A DNA stretch of 27,996 nt from a virus (lineage: Duplodnaviria > Caudoviricetes), in IMG/VR virus record IMGVR_UViG_3300030372_002969, positions 1 through 27,996 of that record. One strand, written 5' to 3'. Each line of letters starts with the position of its first letter. The stretch's first letter is position 1. The translations under genes were made by a program, and so were the position numbers. Shown piece after piece: positions 25,006-27,996 of the stretch. The notes under the pieces are model-generated. The model made no database searches, was not told where the DNA came from, and saw only the letters and a program-made list of their open reading frames with translations.

Positions 25006-26101
25006 GTTTGCGATCTCCAAACGGAGGCAACCAGCCGCGCGCGTTGCGCTTGCCGATGAAGCGGCAGACCGGAATGCCGACTTTCATCATCACCTTGCCA
25101 GCGAGCGATCCACGCCCGCGACCCGTCTCTCGACGGTACATCTCCCGCGCCCACGGCTTCGCAAACAGCGCGACAAACCATGAGAAGGCGCACGACTTTT
25201 TCATAAGGCTGACAACCTTCGTTGCCCATGCGAGGTAGCCATCCATCACATAGGGGTCAGTCTCGCGGATATGCTCGCCGAACTCCTGGTCGGCCAGATA
25301 GACTGGGCCGCTAATCCGTCCCTGGCGGTGCATCTCGCCGCAAATGACTTTTTCACCGTCGCCGCCACTATCTGATGCTGTGCTTTCGCCAAATTGGTCG
25401 CCGAAAGTTTCTGTGGGATCAGCGGCTTGCGTCTGGTCTGCGCTTAGGCCGAAATCTTCTGGCGAGAAAACATCAGGCGACGGCGCTGGCCCCATGCTTT
25501 GCCCGGTCGTCGGGTCAGTAAACTCGGCTGTCTCAGGATTAAAACTTGCGATGGATGCAAGATTGTCAGGCGAGCCAACGACATTGCCGAACATATCCAT
25601 TGTTTCATTTCCAAAGCCAAACGCTTGCGTTTGTCCGAGCGAGTTTGTCTGCGGTGGTCCAATGACTTCATCGGCTATATTCGCCAGCGAATAGGCAAGA
25701 CTTACCGGCGCGAGCGCGGGCACCGCCATACTGAGCGCAGACAAACCAAGACCTAGCGGCGTTGGGTTCAAAGGACCAAGGCCGAAATCAACAACCGGGG
25801 CGGTTAACTCCGACGGCAGACCTAAATCAAGACCCAGATTACCACTGCCCGATTGCTGCGCGTCTGCAACGCTTGTGTCTGATTCTGCGAATCCAGTGTC
25901 GTCAAACGGCTGAAAAACGTTCGGCTGAATCGGCATTGCGACTGGCACAGGAACCGGCGCTGGCGGCTGCATCAACTGCTGGCCTAGAAGTTGCACCACG
26001 GTTCCGGGCGCATAACCTGTTGGTGCAACACCGGCTTGCTGGCCGTCACGCAGTACGGGAACGCCAGCAACGCCGGGAATCTGGATGGGTGCGAATGCCA
26101 T
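24998..26101 (-). CDS. Hypothetical protein: low-complexity N-terminus, hydrophobic segment, acidic linker and C-terminal KVIC (CFI-box-CTERM-like) domain
   Basis: DSGGDGEKVICGEMHRQG...D..FG...GY.AWA..VV..M...PWA.EM...G.P.C..IG; TAATG coupling to the portal stop. Confidence 0.65.
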   Translation of the reverse strand: MAFAPIQIPGVAGVPVLRDGQQAGVAPTGYAPGTVVQLLGQQLMQPPAPVPVPVAMPIQPNVFQPFDDTGFAESDTSVADAQQSGSGNLGLDLGLPSELTAPVVDFGLGPLNPTPLGLGLSALSMAVPALAPVSLAYSLANIADEVIGPPQTNSLGQTQAFGFGNETMDMFGNVVGSPDNLASIASFNPETAEFTDPTTGQSMGPAPSPDVFSPEDFGLSADQTQAADPTETFGDQFGESTASDSGGDGEKVICGEMHRQGRISGPVYLADQEFGEHIRETDPYVMDGYLAWATKVVSLMKKSCAFSWFVALFAKPWAREMYRRETGRGRGSLAGKVMMKVGIPVCRFIGKRNARGWLPPFGDRKHA

Positions 26102-27996
26102 TACTGCCTCATTACTTTTGCGGCGTCGATGTCGAGTTTCTGCTGCCGCAGATTTATGTCCGCTTCAGCCTTCTCGCGGTCGAGCGCAAGTTTCTGTAGC
26201 GCCACCTGTGCATCGGCTTGCGCCTTGGCGGTCTGCGCCTGCACCTTGGCGGCCTCAACTTCCACCAGCTTGTCAGCCGGGTCCGGCGCTGGCTGCGGTG
26301 GCGGCTGCGTGCCAATGGCTTCAAGCGCGTCTTCGAGTTCGCGTGCGCCGGGGAATGCACGCGCAGCAAACAGCAGGAACGACTTGGCCTGCTCTAGCGT
26401 CAGCGCACCTTGGCTGACAATCGGCCCGATGGCTTGAATGTACTGCACCATCGCCGTCAGAAACTCGACGCGGCGCTGTTGCTCGGTTGCGTTATCAACT
26501 GCAAGGCTGTCTTCCGTCTCGACGTTCAAGCGGAAGCCGCGCAAGCGGTCGCTTTCCAGCAGGGCCGCGACTTGCGGGCCGACCGGCAGATTGGTCATCT
26601 GCGCCAGCAGTTGCGGCTCGATGTTTTCGGCAATCATCTCAGCCTTGATGCCGTAGAGCGCGGTAATAAAACGCTCGATGCCACGCTGGCGGTTGGTTAG
26701 GCGTAGAGCGCCAAACTGCCCCTTGATGCGCTGCGCGGTTGCCGTCTCGCGGCTTGCACTTGCGCCACGCATAATGTCGGAGATGCCGGTGATTTCGTAG
26801 ATTGTCTGAATGACCGCTTGGCGCTGGTTGTAAAGCTGGTTTAGCGCCTGAATAAGCGTGCCAAGGTCAGCTTCCTGCATCACTGCTGCAAGGCCGCCAG
26901 AGCCTTGCATCATCGCGTAATTGTCAACGGGGATAAACTCGTTGTCGTTAGCGTCTGCGAGGCGGGTCAGTTCTGAAAAGCTGCTGTCGTAGATGCCGCG
27001 TCGTTTTAGCGCCTCAGTCAAAACCGCGATGCGCTGCGTGATGATGTCGAGTTCGTTGACCTGATCCTCGTACTCGAAGAACTCAGGAACCGGGATCGTG
27101 CTGTCGGTCGTCTTGATTGCGTAAAGCGGCTCGGGGCACGGCCAAAAGCCGTCGAGCTGGTATGGGTCTTCGGCCTCTTCCAGTATCTCGGCAAAGCCGG
27201 TCGCCACAAATATCTGCTTGCCCGACCGCTTGTCCCAAATCTCGTAGCACTCAGCGCGCATCGGCTGACTGGTGTCCTCGGTTGAGTAGTTCGTGTCCGC
27301 GTCGTCATATTCGTGCGTGAGCGGAATGCGGTTGCCCTTGGCAGCGCCAAAGCGTTCGATCAGGTCGGCGCGGGTCATCAGCTTGCGGAAGGCAATCCAG
27401 TTGACATCCGCCCAACGCTGGCTCGGCTCAATCACGAAGTCCTGCCAATGCACATACTCGCAGCGGTATGCCTGATCGGCAATAAACTCGTAGGCTTCGC
27501 CGCGCGTAAACGGTGCGCCCGTCTCGTCAAACTCAATCAGGCTTTCATCAACCTCGTCAGCTTGCGGGCCGCGCGTGTAACTCATGCGCGACTGCTCGCC
27601 CATGTCGTTAAACATTGGCAGCATGTTCACCGCTTCGCGGTTGTCGCCCTCCATGACGGTGGGGCTGTAGACAACGCGCACGACGCCACGACCGACAATC
27701 AGATAGTCGCGAATAGCGCTAATCAGTTCGCCGTCGAGGTCGTACTGCTCTGCCTGGTAAGTCAACGCGCGTTCGATTATCTCGGCGGCCTGTCTGCCAA
27801 TCGGGTCTTGATCGCGATAGCGGCGCACGACACGCGCACGCGGTGCGCCAGAATAAAGCGCGGCCTGTAGCGTCTCGACGTTGCTGTAAAAAATGTTCAT
27901 GCGCGTGACGCGCTCTTGGCGCGAATAGTCGTCATCGCGGTAACGGGCGACGAGCGCGGCGGATCGGTTGCGCCAACTGCGCTCGTAATTGCGCGC
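26101..27996 (-). CDS. Portal protein; 5' end lies outside the window
   Basis: Frame is open beyond the track start to 27996 (ARNYERSWRNR...). NIFYSNVETL, GRGVVRV, YEIWDK, FWPCPEPL, IYEITGISDIMRG, ETATAQRIK and a helical C-terminal barrel. Confidence 0.88.
   Translation of the reverse strand, partial: ARNYERSWRNRSAALVARYRDDDYSRQERVTRMNIFYSNVETLQAALYSGAPRARVVRRYRDQDPIGRQAAEIIERALTYQAEQYDLDGELISAIRDYLIVGRGVVRVVYSPTVMEGDNREAVNMLPMFNDMGEQSRMSYTRGPQADEVDESLIEFDETGAPFTRGEAYEFIADQAYRCEYVHWQDFVIEPSQRWADVNWIAFRKLMTRADLIERFGAAKGNRIPLTHEYDDADTNYSTEDTSQPMRAECYEIWDKRSGKQIFVATGFAEILEEAEDPYQLDGFWPCPEPLYAIKTTDSTIPVPEFFEYEDQVNELDIITQRIAVLTEALKRRGIYDSSFSELTRLADANDNEFIPVDNYAMMQGSGGLAAVMQEADLGTLIQALNQLYNQRQAVIQTIYEITGISDIMRGASASRETATAQRIKGQFGALRLTNRQRGIERFITALYGIKAEMIAENIEPQLLAQMTNLPVGPQVAALLESDRLRGFRLNVETEDSLAVDNATEQQRRVEFLTAMVQYIQAIGPIVSQGALTLEQAKSFLLFAARAFPGARELEDALEAIGTQPPPQPAPDPADKLVEVEAAKVQAQTAKAQADAQVALQKLALDREKAEADINLRQQKLDIDAAKVMRQ

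Overview
The whole window is one continuous stretch of a temperate, short-tailed (podovirus-type) dsDNA phage of an alphaproteobacterial host; the host is inferred from a GcrA-type gene, an alpha-type tRNA-fMet and CtrA-like boxes. No host genes are visible. Phage genes flank the tRNA on both sides, so this looks like the excised/virion form with an intact attP. Modules from left to right: (1) minus-strand early operon: Cro, HJ resolvase, Zn-finger protein, truncated GcrA, Sak4-like AAA ATPase, DUF669/SSB-like protein, Cas4-like exonuclease, DNA methyltransferase, two small conserved genes, an ABC-ATPase/GNAT fusion, and a primase-helicase running off the left edge (missed by the ORF track); (2) a cI/cro switch and a plus-strand operon of small genes including a Xis-like gene and DUF6378; (3) a tyrosine integrase with two substituted catalytic residues, coupled to a wHTH gene, next to a repeat-rich attP with a full tRNA-fMet; (4) minus-strand late genes: portal (off the right edge), a protein with a KVIC/CFI-box-like C-terminus, scaffold, major capsid, decoration, adaptor, nozzle, tail fibre and chaperone, a secreted protein, GNAT, three ejection proteins, and a lysis cassette with a PD-(D/E)XK endonuclease. 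The most interesting signals are a possible coupling to the host cell cycle (six TTAAC-N5-G CtrA-like boxes at control points, a GcrA reduced to its sigma-binding domain, a non-cleavable repressor), the atypical integrase/attP with a periodic tRNA-mimicking array, and the ABC-GNAT putative DNA-modification gene. All family assignments come from recognising motifs by eye; no searches were run.
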